In this document: positions 10,447 to 20,491 of the stretch, piece after piece | Layout of the letters: every line of letters begins with the position of its first letter | Numbering within the stretch: the stretch's first letter is position 1 | Source: a virus | DNA: 64,000 nt | Strand: one strand, 5' to 3' | Virus record (IMG/VR): IMGVR_UViG_3300025645_000061 | Span: 4,429 to 68,428 of that record | Notes under the pieces: generated by a model | Seen by the model: the letters and a program-made list of their open reading frames with translations, nothing else | Database searches by the model: none | What the model was told of the DNA's origin: nothing | Position numbers and translations under genes: made by a program

Positions 10447-10929
10447 ATGACAGATATAAAAAGTGATCTACTAAAAGCTTTCACAGAATTGCTTGATAAA
10501 GCTATTGGTGATCCAAATAAAGAAGTTGAAGCTTTAGCGGTTGTTCCTGAAATTACTAAGGCTGTTGAAGTAGAACAACGGAAGGCTCTATTTATTGTTC
10601 TAGAGCCATGTGGATTAGATAACCCTGATTTACACGGGGATATTTATACCGCAGAAGAAGTTGAGAAAGCAGCAGATAACTTTAATCGTTTCTGTGGAAA
10701 AGCAAGCATTCAACATTTAGTTCAAACAGAGAAAGCTGAAATACTTGAATCTTATATTACACCTGTGAGTTTTGTACTAGATACAGGTAAAGTAATCCAG
10801 AAAGGTACATGGCTCCAAAACTGGTATTTCCCTGAGACAGAAGATGGGGAAATGTTATGGAAAGATGTTAAGGAAGGTAAATTCACCGGACTAAGTATTG
10901 GTGCTAAAGCAACTACGGAGGAACTCTAA
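10447..10929 (+). CDS. Prohead serine protease (XkdF-like)
   Basis: DLHGD, ILESYI, KGTWL and GKFTGLSIG motifs. Confidence 0.85.
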   Translation: MTDIKSDLLKAFTELLDKAIGDPNKEVEALAVVPEITKAVEVEQRKALFIVLEPCGLDNPDLHGDIYTAEEVEKAADNFNRFCGKASIQHLVQTEKAEILESYITPVSFVLDTGKVIQKGTWLQNWYFPETEDGEMLWKDVKEGKFTGLSIGAKATTEEL

Positions 10930-10930
10930 A

Positions 10931-11752
10931 TTGAGTATCACGCCTAAACGTAAACTAACAAATATAGACTTCTCTAGTGAGGGTTGCCATGTAGCTCTTG
11001 TTGATAAAGCTGCTAATGGTCATGAAGTTCTTATCATGAAAGCAGTAGAAGAAGAAATTAATAAAGCTGAAGTACAAGTTAAAATGGATGTAGTTAACTT
11101 CCTAACAACTTTCTTCAATATGTGGTCTTACGAGGCTGCTACATTGGCAGAAATATTCGGGGTAGAAACTGACTATTTTGATGAAGACTTTAAGTTTGAA
11201 GAATTTAACTCTATTGGTGCTTCTGAGGTAACACTTATGAAAGCTGCTAGTAAGGTTGAAAAGACTGAGGAATCCCTCGTCGATTATATAGGTACTCTAG
11301 AAATGGAAGACCTAAACACTCTCAAAGCTTTTGCTGAGGGATTTAATGAAAAACTACAGGAACATAGCAATATGACTGACGTTAATAAAGCTGCTGAAAT
11401 AGAAGTAATTCTTGCTAAAGCAGTAGAAGAAAAAGCAGCAGTTCAGAAGTCTCTCGATGAGGCCAATGAAAAGCTAGAAGCTATCCAAAAAGCAGAACAA
11501 GAAAAAGTATCTGTATCCTTTATTGAAAAAGCTAAAGGCTTTGGTGCAGAAACTGATGATTTAGGTCTTGCTATGGCAAGTATCTCTGCTTCAGAAGAAG
11601 GGTTGTTAGTAATTAAAGCTTTGGAAGATGCTTACACCAAGCTTAATGACACTATCGAAAAAGAAGCTGGTTTTTCAGGTGAGGCTAAAGAAGATACAGA
11701 AAGCCCTATCTTGAAAGCTATGCAAATTAAATATAAAACTAAAACAGCGTAA
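10931..11752 (+). CDS. Scaffolding/head maturation protein
   Basis: TTG start after GGAGG; HVALVDKAANG motif and coiled coil; lies between protease and decoration genes. Confidence 0.7.
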   Translation: MSITPKRKLTNIDFSSEGCHVALVDKAANGHEVLIMKAVEEEINKAEVQVKMDVVNFLTTFFNMWSYEAATLAEIFGVETDYFDEDFKFEEFNSIGASEVTLMKAASKVEKTEESLVDYIGTLEMEDLNTLKAFAEGFNEKLQEHSNMTDVNKAAEIEVILAKAVEEKAAVQKSLDEANEKLEAIQKAEQEKVSVSFIEKAKGFGAETDDLGLAMASISASEEGLLVIKALEDAYTKLNDTIEKEAGFSGEAKEDTESPILKAMQIKYKTKTA

Positions 11753-11767
11753 TCTAGGAGATATTAA

Positions 11768-12172
11768 ATGTCTGTACTCGCTACTGAAAAAGCTCGTCTG
11801 AGCAATCTTGTAAAATACGAAGAAGGTGGTCAAAACTACTTTTCTCGTGACGAAGTAACCGCTATTCTTGGTCAAACAATCAACATCGGTTCTGTACTTG
11901 GTAAAATCACTGCATCTGGCAAATATATCCTATCTGACGCTGACGCTGCAGATGGTTCTGAAGTTGCTGCTGCTGTCTGCTTGCAGAACCTTGGTACTCT
12001 TGCTGCTGATGCACAGTGTATTGTTCTGGTTCGTGATGCTGTCGTTAACCAAGAAGCTCTCGTTTGGGATGCTCTGAATGACGCTCCTGAAATCGCAATT
12101 GCTGAAGCTGAATTGGAAGCCCTCGGCATTCTGGTTCGTACTGGTCAATCCGATTATACTTTCGTAGTATAA
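11768..12172 (+). CDS. Head decoration protein (lambda gpD-like)
   Basis: GSVLGKITASGKY...ADGSE motif; directly upstream of MCP. Confidence 0.85.
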   Translation: MSVLATEKARLSNLVKYEEGGQNYFSRDEVTAILGQTINIGSVLGKITASGKYILSDADAADGSEVAAAVCLQNLGTLAADAQCIVLVRDAVVNQEALVWDALNDAPEIAIAEAELEALGILVRTGQSDYTFVV

Positions 12173-12201
12173 TTAAAATAACTAATTAAGGAAAATATTA
12201 A

Positions 12202-13233
12202 ATGTCTAATATCGTTACTCTAGGTGACTACAATAAGTTCACCGACCTTACAGATGCAATTCAGTTTGTCCCTAATAAGTGGACTCGTATTGGTGATCTT
12301 GGTCTGTTTACTCCCCGTGGTACATCTCAACTGTCCGTGACCTTTGACCGTGTAGATGGAAAATTGTCTGCTCTGGAAGCTCGTCAACGTGGTGTTAACC
12401 CTCAATATGGTTCTAACGAAATCGTTAAAACTTTCAGCTATGCAACTGCATACTTCCCAGCTAACGATAAAGTAGCTCCTGAAGATATCCAAGGTCGTCG
12501 TCGCCCCGGTGCTGCCGATCAAACAGATATGGTTACTGAAGCTGTTGCTCGTAAACTAGAAAACCTTCGTATGGCTCACGCACAAACTCGTGAATATATG
12601 GAAATGCAAGCACTGAAAGGTCTTGTTAGCTCTCCAGATGGTACTGTTTTTGCTGATCTGTACACTGACTTCGGTTTCACTCAAAAGTCTGTTGACTTCT
12701 TGCTTGGTACTGCTACTACAGACGTTGATGCTAAAATCCGTGAAATGATTCGTCATATCGAAGATAACGCATTCTCTGGTGGCTCTATCGGTGGTATCCG
12801 TGTATTGGTTTCTCAAGAATTCTTTGATAAACTGATTGGTCACGCTAACGTTCGTGAAGCCTACACTCACTACCAAGCTAACAACCAAGTTGGTGGTGGT
12901 CAAGTTCTTCGTGATGACCTTCGTCGTAGCTTTGCTCACCAAGGTGTAATCTTTGAAGAATACCGTGGTTCTATCACTAAGATGGATGGCACAGTTGAGC
13001 GTATGATTACTGCTCAAGAAGGACACGCTTTCCCTACTGGTGCTGAAGGTATGTTTGAAACATGGTTTAGCCCTGCTCACCACATGGATTATGTTAACAC
13101 TGTTGGTGAAGAAGTTTACGCATGGTCTATCCCTGCTGTAGATGGTAGCGGTATTGAGATTTACTCTCAGTCTGCTCCACTTCCTTTGTGCAAACGCCCA
13201 CAAGCTCTGGTTAAAGTTCTTACTTCTAACTAA
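12202..13233 (+). CDS. Major capsid protein (lambda gpE-like)
   Basis: TREYMEMQALKG, DLYTDFG and SQSAPLPLCKRPQAL motifs; strongly biased codon usage. Confidence 0.93.
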   Translation: MSNIVTLGDYNKFTDLTDAIQFVPNKWTRIGDLGLFTPRGTSQLSVTFDRVDGKLSALEARQRGVNPQYGSNEIVKTFSYATAYFPANDKVAPEDIQGRRRPGAADQTDMVTEAVARKLENLRMAHAQTREYMEMQALKGLVSSPDGTVFADLYTDFGFTQKSVDFLLGTATTDVDAKIREMIRHIEDNAFSGGSIGGIRVLVSQEFFDKLIGHANVREAYTHYQANNQVGGGQVLRDDLRRSFAHQGVIFEEYRGSITKMDGTVERMITAQEGHAFPTGAEGMFETWFSPAHHMDYVNTVGEEVYAWSIPAVDGSGIEIYSQSAPLPLCKRPQALVKVLTSN

Positions 13234-13247
13234 GAGTTATAAGATAC

Positions 13248-13278
13248 GGGGGGCATTAAGTTGCCCCTTTTATTTTTA
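13248..13278 (+). terminator. Intrinsic terminator after MCP
   Basis: GGGGCA-ttaagt-TGCCCC followed by a T-tract. Confidence 0.8.
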
Positions 13279-13299
13279 TGTTTTTACTAAGAGGATAAT

Positions 13300-13773
13300 A
13301 TGGCTTTTCCACAAGATAGTTTAGACCCAGCAACAAATGCTGTGGACAGAGTAAGACTCTTAGTAGGGGATGTTGATCCCGGTGATGTTGAGTTTGTAGA
13401 ACAGCTTTACATTTACTTCTTAGATAGTAATGCACAAGATGAAAACCTTTCGGCTATACAAGCTCTTAAAGCTCTTGTAGCTAAATACGCAAAGGCAATG
13501 GATGAAGTTGTAGGTGATGTACAAATCACCCTTAAACAGCGTTATGAAGGCTACAAAGACCTTCTAGATACTTACCTTAAAGACCCTGCTTTCGGATTCT
13601 TAGGGACTATTCAACCTTATGCTGGTGGATTAAGTTACTCTGAAGGAAGAACAGATCAATTAAATACAGATTTAAGAGGTGTATCATTCTCAGTTGGGTC
13701 TTCTAAAAATAGAGGACAGCTTGGTTATGATGCAGCTTACTACAAAAGTAATAATGGTTTGTTTGAAATCTGA
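13300..13773 (+). CDS. Head-tail adaptor/connector
   Basis: DRVRLLVGD motif; position after MCP. Confidence 0.75.
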   Translation: MAFPQDSLDPATNAVDRVRLLVGDVDPGDVEFVEQLYIYFLDSNAQDENLSAIQALKALVAKYAKAMDEVVGDVQITLKQRYEGYKDLLDTYLKDPAFGFLGTIQPYAGGLSYSEGRTDQLNTDLRGVSFSVGSSKNRGQLGYDAAYYKSNNGLFEI

Positions 13774-13781
13774 GGTTAAAT

Positions 13782-14294
13782 ATGCCATCAATTAGAACAA
13801 CTGTTAAAGTAAAGATGGATACTAAAAAATTTAAAAAATTTAGTAGTGCTTTTAAAAAACAAAAAGATGTAACTGTTAAAGTTGGTCATTTTGGAAGTAA
13901 GACACATGGAGAAGGCCCAGAAACAATAGCTGGTGTCTCCCTAATAAACCAACAAGGTAATAGTGAGATTCCTGCAAGACCTTATATGGAGTACGCATTA
14001 AGTAATCCTGAGTTTTTAAAGGCATATAAAAAAGCCTTAGCAAGGATAGCGGTTGGTAAGTCTACAATTACTAAAGAACTCCCAAAATTAGGTGAGATGC
14101 TAAAAGAGATTATGGTTAGAGTTATTCAATTAGCTGGCCCCGGTTTCCAACGTAACTCAGCAGCAACTGTTGCTAGAAAGGGAGCAGATACCCCTCTTAT
14201 AGAGACCTCAGAACTAATGGCTGATATTGAAAGCAAGTTAGTTAGAGATACAGGTAATAAACGTAGAACAGGGTTAAATACGGTGGCTCAATAA
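13782..14294 (+). CDS. Neck/tail completion protein (HK97 gp10-like)
   Basis: IPARPYM, NSAATVARKG and PLIET motifs. Confidence 0.75.
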   Translation: MPSIRTTVKVKMDTKKFKKFSSAFKKQKDVTVKVGHFGSKTHGEGPETIAGVSLINQQGNSEIPARPYMEYALSNPEFLKAYKKALARIAVGKSTITKELPKLGEMLKEIMVRVIQLAGPGFQRNSAATVARKGADTPLIETSELMADIESKLVRDTGNKRRTGLNTVAQ

Positions 14295-14668
14295 TGTCAA
14301 GTACCTTACCACAGTTATGTACTCTCTCAGGGCAAACTGTTGATAGAAAACGTAGAGGTGTTTCCACTTATGTAGGTGGAAGATTAGTAGATGGTACAGA
14401 CACACTTACCACAGGCTACTTTGCCTCAGTACAACCCCCTAACAGAGACCACATAAATTACATAAATCAATCCTTAGAAGGGACTAGGACTAAAGCTTGG
14501 ATATCTGTGTATTGTGAACTTAATACTTTCAGAGAAGCAGACGATAGAAACAACATAAGAGCAGATATCGTTATATTCGAAGGAAATGAATACGAAGTTC
14601 AAAGAGCAACACATAGAACTGGTAGACACTTAAACCACGATATGATATTAGCTGTGAGGTTAGATTAA
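14294..14668 (+). CDS. Head closure protein
   Basis: ASVQP and ADIVIFEGNEYEV motifs; synteny. Confidence 0.7.
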   Translation: MSSTLPQLCTLSGQTVDRKRRGVSTYVGGRLVDGTDTLTTGYFASVQPPNRDHINYINQSLEGTRTKAWISVYCELNTFREADDRNNIRADIVIFEGNEYEVQRATHRTGRHLNHDMILAVRLD

Positions 14669-15216
14669 TGGCTATAGATATTAAAGCTCTAGAAGACAGC
14701 GTACAAGCTATCCTAGAGCCTGTAGTACAGGCAATTGATGCAGCAGCTATATTAATTATAGAGCCAAATAACGGAATTGTACCTAGTACATCTTACGCCT
14801 CAATGAAGACTTTCCCACTAAGTAAAACTGGGTTCTCCATTGTAGGTGACGTAGATGATAATGGGGACATTCCAGTAAGAGCGGAATATGATATTACTTT
14901 CCAATTCTCTTCCTTTGGCCCTAACTCAAAAAACATTATATCAAATTTAAGTTTTGCTATTACGGATAATATTATTATTCACGAAAGCTTAACTTCTATA
15001 AACCTCTTCCAATTCGATTCACCGATTATTACAGATATACCTGTGTTCGAAAATACAAATTGGGAAGAGAGGAACCAATCTACAATATCATTTCACTACG
15101 CCCATGAAGAACTTGTACACGTTAGTTTAATTGAACAAGTTACTATTGATGGTCTGTACAGAGATATTGCGGATAATATTGTATTACAAACTTCCCAAAC
15201 TATAAACGCCCCTTAA
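14668..15216 (+). CDS. Tail terminator protein
   Basis: Position before sheath; size; WEER C-terminal motif. Confidence 0.65.
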   Translation: MAIDIKALEDSVQAILEPVVQAIDAAAILIIEPNNGIVPSTSYASMKTFPLSKTGFSIVGDVDDNGDIPVRAEYDITFQFSSFGPNSKNIISNLSFAITDNIIIHESLTSINLFQFDSPIITDIPVFENTNWEERNQSTISFHYAHEELVHVSLIEQVTIDGLYRDIADNIVLQTSQTINAP

Positions 15217-15228
15217 AGGACAAAATAA

Positions 15229-16560
15229 ATGAGTGATATTGAACAAATCATTGATGTACAGGTATCTCGTGAATCTACTGCGGTAACGCAAGCTGGATTT
15301 GGAGTTATGATGTTTCTTGATCTACACAAAAGGTTTAATGAAAGAGCCGCAGAATATTCTAACTTAGCAGCTATGGTTAGTGCTGGTTTTGAAGTAACAG
15401 ATAAAGCTTATCTTGCTGCTTCTGTATACTTCGGTCAACCTATTTCCCCTACTAAAATAGTCATTGGTAGACAAGCTGCTGCTGACGTACAGGTAATTAC
15501 TTATCTTGCTGCTGCTGGTGCTGGTGAAGTATACACAGTAACTATAGATGGTGGTAATGGCCCTGAGATCTTCACATACACATCTACTGGTGTTGAAACA
15601 GCAATCGTTGTTGCTGCTGGTATGGAAGCTCTAGTTAATGCCTCTGGTACTTTAGCGGTTACTCACGACGATGCTGCTGCTGATGGTACTGCTACACTTA
15701 CTCCTGATATTGCTCTAGCTCCATATACTCTTAAGCTTTCTAGTAATATTACAGACGCACTAACTACTACTGAGACTCTTACAGACGCTCTTGGGTTGGT
15801 TGATGCGGCTTCTGACTTCTACGGAATATCTACATATACTCACCTTGAAGCTGATATTCTTGAAGTCTCTGCTTATGCAAACGCTGGTAAATTTATCTAC
15901 GGATACTCAACAGCTAATGCTACGGACAAGACTACAGCCCTTACAGCTATTGGTGGTCAACTAGAAACTTTAGCCTATGACCGTTCTTTCGGTACTTGGG
16001 ATGAAGAAGCTGGTGTTGGTAATAGTGATGCTACTGAGTATCCTGAAGCTGCTTGGATGGGTGATAGGTTCCCTACTGCACCCGGATCATCTACTTGGAT
16101 GTTTAAAACTTTAAGTGGTATCTCCGTTGACAACCTTACTACTATAGAGTCCACTAACCTACGCAACAAAAGTATTAATACTTACGAAACTATTGGCGGT
16201 GTCAATATTACTCGTGAAGGTAAAGTTGCTTCTGGTGAATATATTGACGTTATTCGTGGCGTTGATTGGCTTGAATCTAGAATGGAAGAAAGAATTTATA
16301 GTAGGTTTGTAAATCTTCCTAAGATACCTTATACAAATGCTGGTATTGCAATTATCGAAGCTGAAGTTAGAGCACAATTGCAAGAAGCTATTACAGCAGG
16401 GGTTATTGATGGAGAACAAGCTATTATAGTAACTGTTCCTAAGATTTCTCAAATTAGTGTCAACGACAGAGCTAACAGAATCTTACCAGCTATTACTTTT
16501 GAAGCTAAACTTGCTGGTGCAATTCATAAAGCTACTGTACGCGGTACTGTTACAGTATAA
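15229..16560 (+). CDS. Contractile tail sheath protein (DUF3383-type)
   Basis: PGSSTWMFKTLSG, GEYIDVIRGVDWL, KIPYTNAG and LAGAIH motifs. Confidence 0.92.
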   Translation: MSDIEQIIDVQVSRESTAVTQAGFGVMMFLDLHKRFNERAAEYSNLAAMVSAGFEVTDKAYLAASVYFGQPISPTKIVIGRQAAADVQVITYLAAAGAGEVYTVTIDGGNGPEIFTYTSTGVETAIVVAAGMEALVNASGTLAVTHDDAAADGTATLTPDIALAPYTLKLSSNITDALTTTETLTDALGLVDAASDFYGISTYTHLEADILEVSAYANAGKFIYGYSTANATDKTTALTAIGGQLETLAYDRSFGTWDEEAGVGNSDATEYPEAAWMGDRFPTAPGSSTWMFKTLSGISVDNLTTIESTNLRNKSINTYETIGGVNITREGKVASGEYIDVIRGVDWLESRMEERIYSRFVNLPKIPYTNAGIAIIEAEVRAQLQEAITAGVIDGEQAIIVTVPKISQISVNDRANRILPAITFEAKLAGAIHKATVRGTVTV

Positions 16561-16672
16561 CCGATTATTGGAGGTATGCTTTTGTCCTCTCTCGCACCCT
16601 CACGGGTATAGGTATGCCTCCTGCCTAAGAGAGAGAGACATTTATACTTAATTCATAGAAGGAATAATTATT

Positions 16673-17095
16673 GTGGCAGTAAAAACATATAGCCCTAAAG
16701 ATATTACAGTTATTGTAGCTGGTACTATCATCACTGGATTTGCAGAGGATACTTTTGTTACACTTGAAAGAGATTCAGACGCATTTGTAAAAATTGTAGG
16801 TGCTGACGGTGAAGTAGCACGTTCTGCTTCTGCTGATCTATCCGGTACAATCGTCCTAACACTCTTAGGCACAAGTAATAGTAACGATATACTCTCTGCA
16901 CTTTCATCAGCAGATCAACTTTCTTTGTCTGGTGAATTCCCGGTTCTTATTAAAGATGAACTAGGTAATTCTCTACACACAGCACCTTCCGCTTGGATTC
17001 AAAAGACCGCATCCAAAGAATACGCTGCTGAAGTTGGTGATAATGAGTGGACACTACAGTGCTCTGAATTACTAGAGTTCGTAGGAAGTAACTAA
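16673..17095 (+). CDS. Tail tube protein (DUF3277-type)
   Basis: KTYSPKD, ITGFAED and GADGE motifs; follows sheath. Confidence 0.88.
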   Translation: MAVKTYSPKDITVIVAGTIITGFAEDTFVTLERDSDAFVKIVGADGEVARSASADLSGTIVLTLLGTSNSNDILSALSSADQLSLSGEFPVLIKDELGNSLHTAPSAWIQKTASKEYAAEVGDNEWTLQCSELLEFVGSN

Positions 17096-17226
17096 ATAAC
17101 ACTAAGATAATAATCTGTATAAGGGTAACAGTAAGACACCTCATACAATAAACGTTCTATTTCAGTGATATGATCCTTGGTATGATTTAAAAAGGCCAAC
17201 TTAACCTTATTTGGAGGCAAATACAT

Positions 17227-17619
17227 ATGACAACTATTATAGAAGATAAAGAAGTAACTATAGGCGAATCAGATTACAGAATACAACCTTTTCCAGCCTT
17301 TAAAGGTCTTACTATACTTAAAAAATTAACAAAAATTTTAGGCCCAAGTATGACAGCCCTAATGGGTAGTTCTGATGGAGGAGAAGTTGAAGTAGGTAGT
17401 CTTGAGAAAGCTATTGAATTGCTTGTAGAGAATTTTGATGGTGACGGAGTGGAAGCTCTTATAAAAGATTTGATAGGTTCTGTAACTAAAAACGGAAAAC
17501 CTATTCAATTTGATATTGAATTTATGGCTGACTACGGAAAACTGTTAAAGCTTGTAGCGGAAGTTGTTAAACTTAACTATGCTTCTGTTTTTCAACTAGG
17601 CGGTTTTCTCCAAGATTAG
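17227..17619 (+). CDS. Tail assembly chaperone (gpG-like)
   Basis: Between tube and tape measure; GGAGG RBS. Confidence 0.8.
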   Translation: MTTIIEDKEVTIGESDYRIQPFPAFKGLTILKKLTKILGPSMTALMGSSDGGEVEVGSLEKAIELLVENFDGDGVEALIKDLIGSVTKNGKPIQFDIEFMADYGKLLKLVAEVVKLNYASVFQLGGFLQD

Positions 17620-17837
17620 AGTCTGAGGGTAAAGAGAAATCGTCGTTACTTCTTAGAATTGAAAAGAAATCAGAATTAAACTGGTTTATTTGGAGGCCCA
17701 TTCTAGCTAAAGTTGTTACTCTAGAAGAATTAAAAACCTCGTATACAACCCAAGACTTGTATGACTTACATGAGGCTTTAGACATTAAACAGGCAATAGA
17801 AGAAGCTGCTAGTGAAAAAGCCAAAAAAGCGAAGTAA
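17577..17837 (+). CDS. -1 frame extension of tail chaperone (gpT-like)
   Basis: Start-less open frame ...WFIWRPILAKVVTLEELKTSYTTQDLYDLHEALD...; not in the ORF track. Confidence 0.75.
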   Translation, partial: LCFCFSTRRFSPRLESEGKEKSSLLLRIEKKSELNWFIWRPILAKVVTLEELKTSYTTQDLYDLHEALDIKQAIEEAASEKAKKAK

Positions 17838-17861
17838 ATATTATTAATTTAAGAGGTTTTA

Positions 17862-19517
17862 ATGTCTAAGAGTGTACAAATAGCCAGCGTCTTTACCGCT
17901 ATTGGCTTCAAAGTTAATAAGAAAGATTTAGACAAGCTTCAAAAACAATTAGTCGACCTCAAAAAACAACTAACTAAGTTACAAAGTGTTGCGAAGCTTA
18001 ATATAAACCCCAACACACAAGGACTGCAATCAGCTCGTAGAGAGCTTATGGGCATTAACAGAGAACTAGCTAAGATAAAAACTAAAGCGATCAGGGTTAA
18101 TGTTAACCGTGGTACTACAGGTAGCGGCGTTACAGGTAGTAGAGGATCAACTGCTAGAGGTGTAGCTGGTGGTGCTTTTGCGGGTAGTGCTTTATCAGAT
18201 GCAGGGCAGTTTAGTAGGGGGGCTGGGGCGGTAGGTATAGCCGCTTTTGCAGGAGCTGGTATATTCCAAACTACAGCTAAGATTGATGCTATTAAAAACG
18301 CCTTGGGTGCTGCCGCTGGTGGTGCTGAAGAAGGTGCAAAGCAATTTAAATTTCTAGAAGATACATCTGAAAGAATTGGTATTAACTTAATTGATAATGC
18401 TAGATCCTATCAAAACTTCTTAGCTGCTTCTAACGCTGTAGGTTTTAGTACAGACAATGCTCAGAAATCTTTTACCGCTACTGCAAGTGCAGCTAGAGTA
18501 TTAGGTTTGAGTGCTGCGGATACTAATGGTGCTATGAGAGCGATGACTCAGATTCTGTCTAAAGGTACAGTACAGGCTGAAGAATTGAGAGGCCAGTTAG
18601 GTGAGAGAGTTCCCGGTGCTGTAGGTATGATGGCGAAAGCTGTTGCTGAGATGCAAGGGAAAACTGAAGTTACCGTACAAGAACTAGGTAAGATGTTAGA
18701 ACAAGGGGAAATCATCTCTAAAGATGTTATGCCTTTCTTCTCTAAACAATTACTTAAAATGGCAACTGCCCACGGAGCATTAGAACATGCTCAAAAGACT
18801 CCACTAGCTAACTTAGAAAGAATGAGGAATTCTTTTGTTAAGTTTCAGGATGCTATTGGTAGATCAAACTTTGTTTTTGAATTATCTTTATTGTTTCAAC
18901 AACTATCAACTGGCATGAAAGAATCTACTAAAGAGGGTACTATTCTTGGGGCTGCGCTGGGTATTCTGATGAATGTGTTCCAAGCAATAGCTGGGATACT
19001 AACAGCATTTCCGGGTTGGCTTAAAGCCCTCTTTGTGATTTGGGGGGCGTTGATGATACCCCTGTTAATTCCTTTATTGGCTATAGCCGCAGTATTACTT
19101 TTAATTGATGACTTTATTAGTCACATGCAAGGTAAAGGTGGTTTCTTTACTGATCTATTAGGTGAGGATGGGTTCTTTAAATTCATTGATAGATTTAAGT
19201 CTGAAATGGAAGGTATTGCTGATGCTTTTTGGGATAGGTGGATAGAAAATCTTACTTGGATTCCAAGAAAAGGAGCTAAGATAGGTCTAGCCGCAATTAG
19301 TGCAATAGCCAACCCTAAACAAGCTTATGATAAAGTCCAAGAATTCAGAGCTAATAGGGAGGCAACTGAAAGGGGTCTTACTTTATTAGTACCTGAGCAA
19401 GGCCCACCAGAGGACACTAGAACAATTTTCCCTGTTGGTGGAAGCCCTGTTGAAGTAATCATCTCCACAACAGAAGAATTGTCTGCTACCGTTAAAAAAT
19501 ATGATAGAGGAGGTTAG
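17862..19517 (+). CDS. Tape measure protein
   Basis: QILSKGTVQAEELRGQLGERVPGA tape-measure domain; TM segment. Confidence 0.92.
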   Translation: MSKSVQIASVFTAIGFKVNKKDLDKLQKQLVDLKKQLTKLQSVAKLNINPNTQGLQSARRELMGINRELAKIKTKAIRVNVNRGTTGSGVTGSRGSTARGVAGGAFAGSALSDAGQFSRGAGAVGIAAFAGAGIFQTTAKIDAIKNALGAAAGGAEEGAKQFKFLEDTSERIGINLIDNARSYQNFLAASNAVGFSTDNAQKSFTATASAARVLGLSAADTNGAMRAMTQILSKGTVQAEELRGQLGERVPGAVGMMAKAVAEMQGKTEVTVQELGKMLEQGEIISKDVMPFFSKQLLKMATAHGALEHAQKTPLANLERMRNSFVKFQDAIGRSNFVFELSLLFQQLSTGMKESTKEGTILGAALGILMNVFQAIAGILTAFPGWLKALFVIWGALMIPLLIPLLAIAAVLLLIDDFISHMQGKGGFFTDLLGEDGFFKFIDRFKSEMEGIADAFWDRWIENLTWIPRKGAKIGLAAISAIANPKQAYDKVQEFRANREATERGLTLLVPEQGPPEDTRTIFPVGGSPVEVIISTTEELSATVKKYDRGG

Positions 19518-19519
19518 TC

Positions 19520-20143
19520 TTGGCTGACTTAAGACAGACACTAAACAGACACTCTTTCTTAGAAAGATCAGATGGTGTAAAGCTATACTTCGATGCAGTT
19601 ACTCGTAGAACCGATGCTAAAACTGCAAGAGTATCAAATCATCCAGTAGAGAATGGGTTTATTATTTCCGACCATGTACTTGTTGAGAACACTAAGTTGA
19701 GTGTAGAGGGGATTATTAGTAATGCTAATAACTCCCTTCTTAACAGAGCGGTGGGTATTATAAGTGACCAAGAATCAGCTAGACAATTCTTGAACGAAGT
19801 TTTTAATGCTAGAAAAGTAGTCACTTTAGTAACTCCAGAAGAAATTTATGATAATTTGATTATAACTTCCCTACAATTTACTAAAGATAAACCTACCAGA
19901 CAAGAAATTAACTTCTCTTTGAGGTTAGAAGAGATTAGAACAGTGGTTTCTAAAACTGCACTTGTCTCTGCTAAGACAGTGGACGAGAGTATACTAGAAG
20001 CTATCCAAAATGAAAATAAATCTGGTAAAGTTACTACTAGTACAGTAACAGGAGATGTAACTGCGCTGAAAAGAGCTGCAACAACTTTACGAGAAGGTCT
20101 TCAAGTTGAAAGATTTTTAGACAATTTACTTGGGAGACCTTAA
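19520..20143 (+). CDS. Baseplate/tube initiator (Dit-like)
   Basis: HPVENGFIISDHV and YDNLIITSL motifs. Confidence 0.75.
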   Translation: MADLRQTLNRHSFLERSDGVKLYFDAVTRRTDAKTARVSNHPVENGFIISDHVLVENTKLSVEGIISNANNSLLNRAVGIISDQESARQFLNEVFNARKVVTLVTPEEIYDNLIITSLQFTKDKPTRQEINFSLRLEEIRTVVSKTALVSAKTVDESILEAIQNENKSGKVTTSTVTGDVTALKRAATTLREGLQVERFLDNLLGRP

Positions 20144-20152
20144 GGGATACTT

Positions 20153-20491
20153 ATGGCACTAGAAATAGAATTAAACCCAATAGCTTTTAACACTTTCTCT
20201 GTCACTCTAGACGATGAAAACTATGTATTCCAAACTATATGGAGCAGTAGAGGAGATTTTGGAGGTACTTGGAGACTTAATATTCTAAACGGACAAGAAG
20301 AACCTATAGTACGCGGTTTAGCCCTGTACCCAAACAGGGTTCTTAATGGCGAATATTTTTATAATAGATCACCAAAAGGTTTCTTGGTGGTTACAAACGA
20401 CAGTCCCGATAGACCAACCTTCGAGTCACTAGGCTCTACTTTGAGGCTTTTCTATATAACTGAGGAGGAACTTCATGGGGGTTTTGTATAA
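20153..20491 (+). CDS. Baseplate-associated virion protein
   Basis: Synteny; FSVTLD and LFYITEEE pattern. Confidence 0.65.
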   Translation: MALEIELNPIAFNTFSVTLDDENYVFQTIWSSRGDFGGTWRLNILNGQEEPIVRGLALYPNRVLNGEYFYNRSPKGFLVVTNDSPDRPTFESLGSTLRLFYITEEELHGGFV

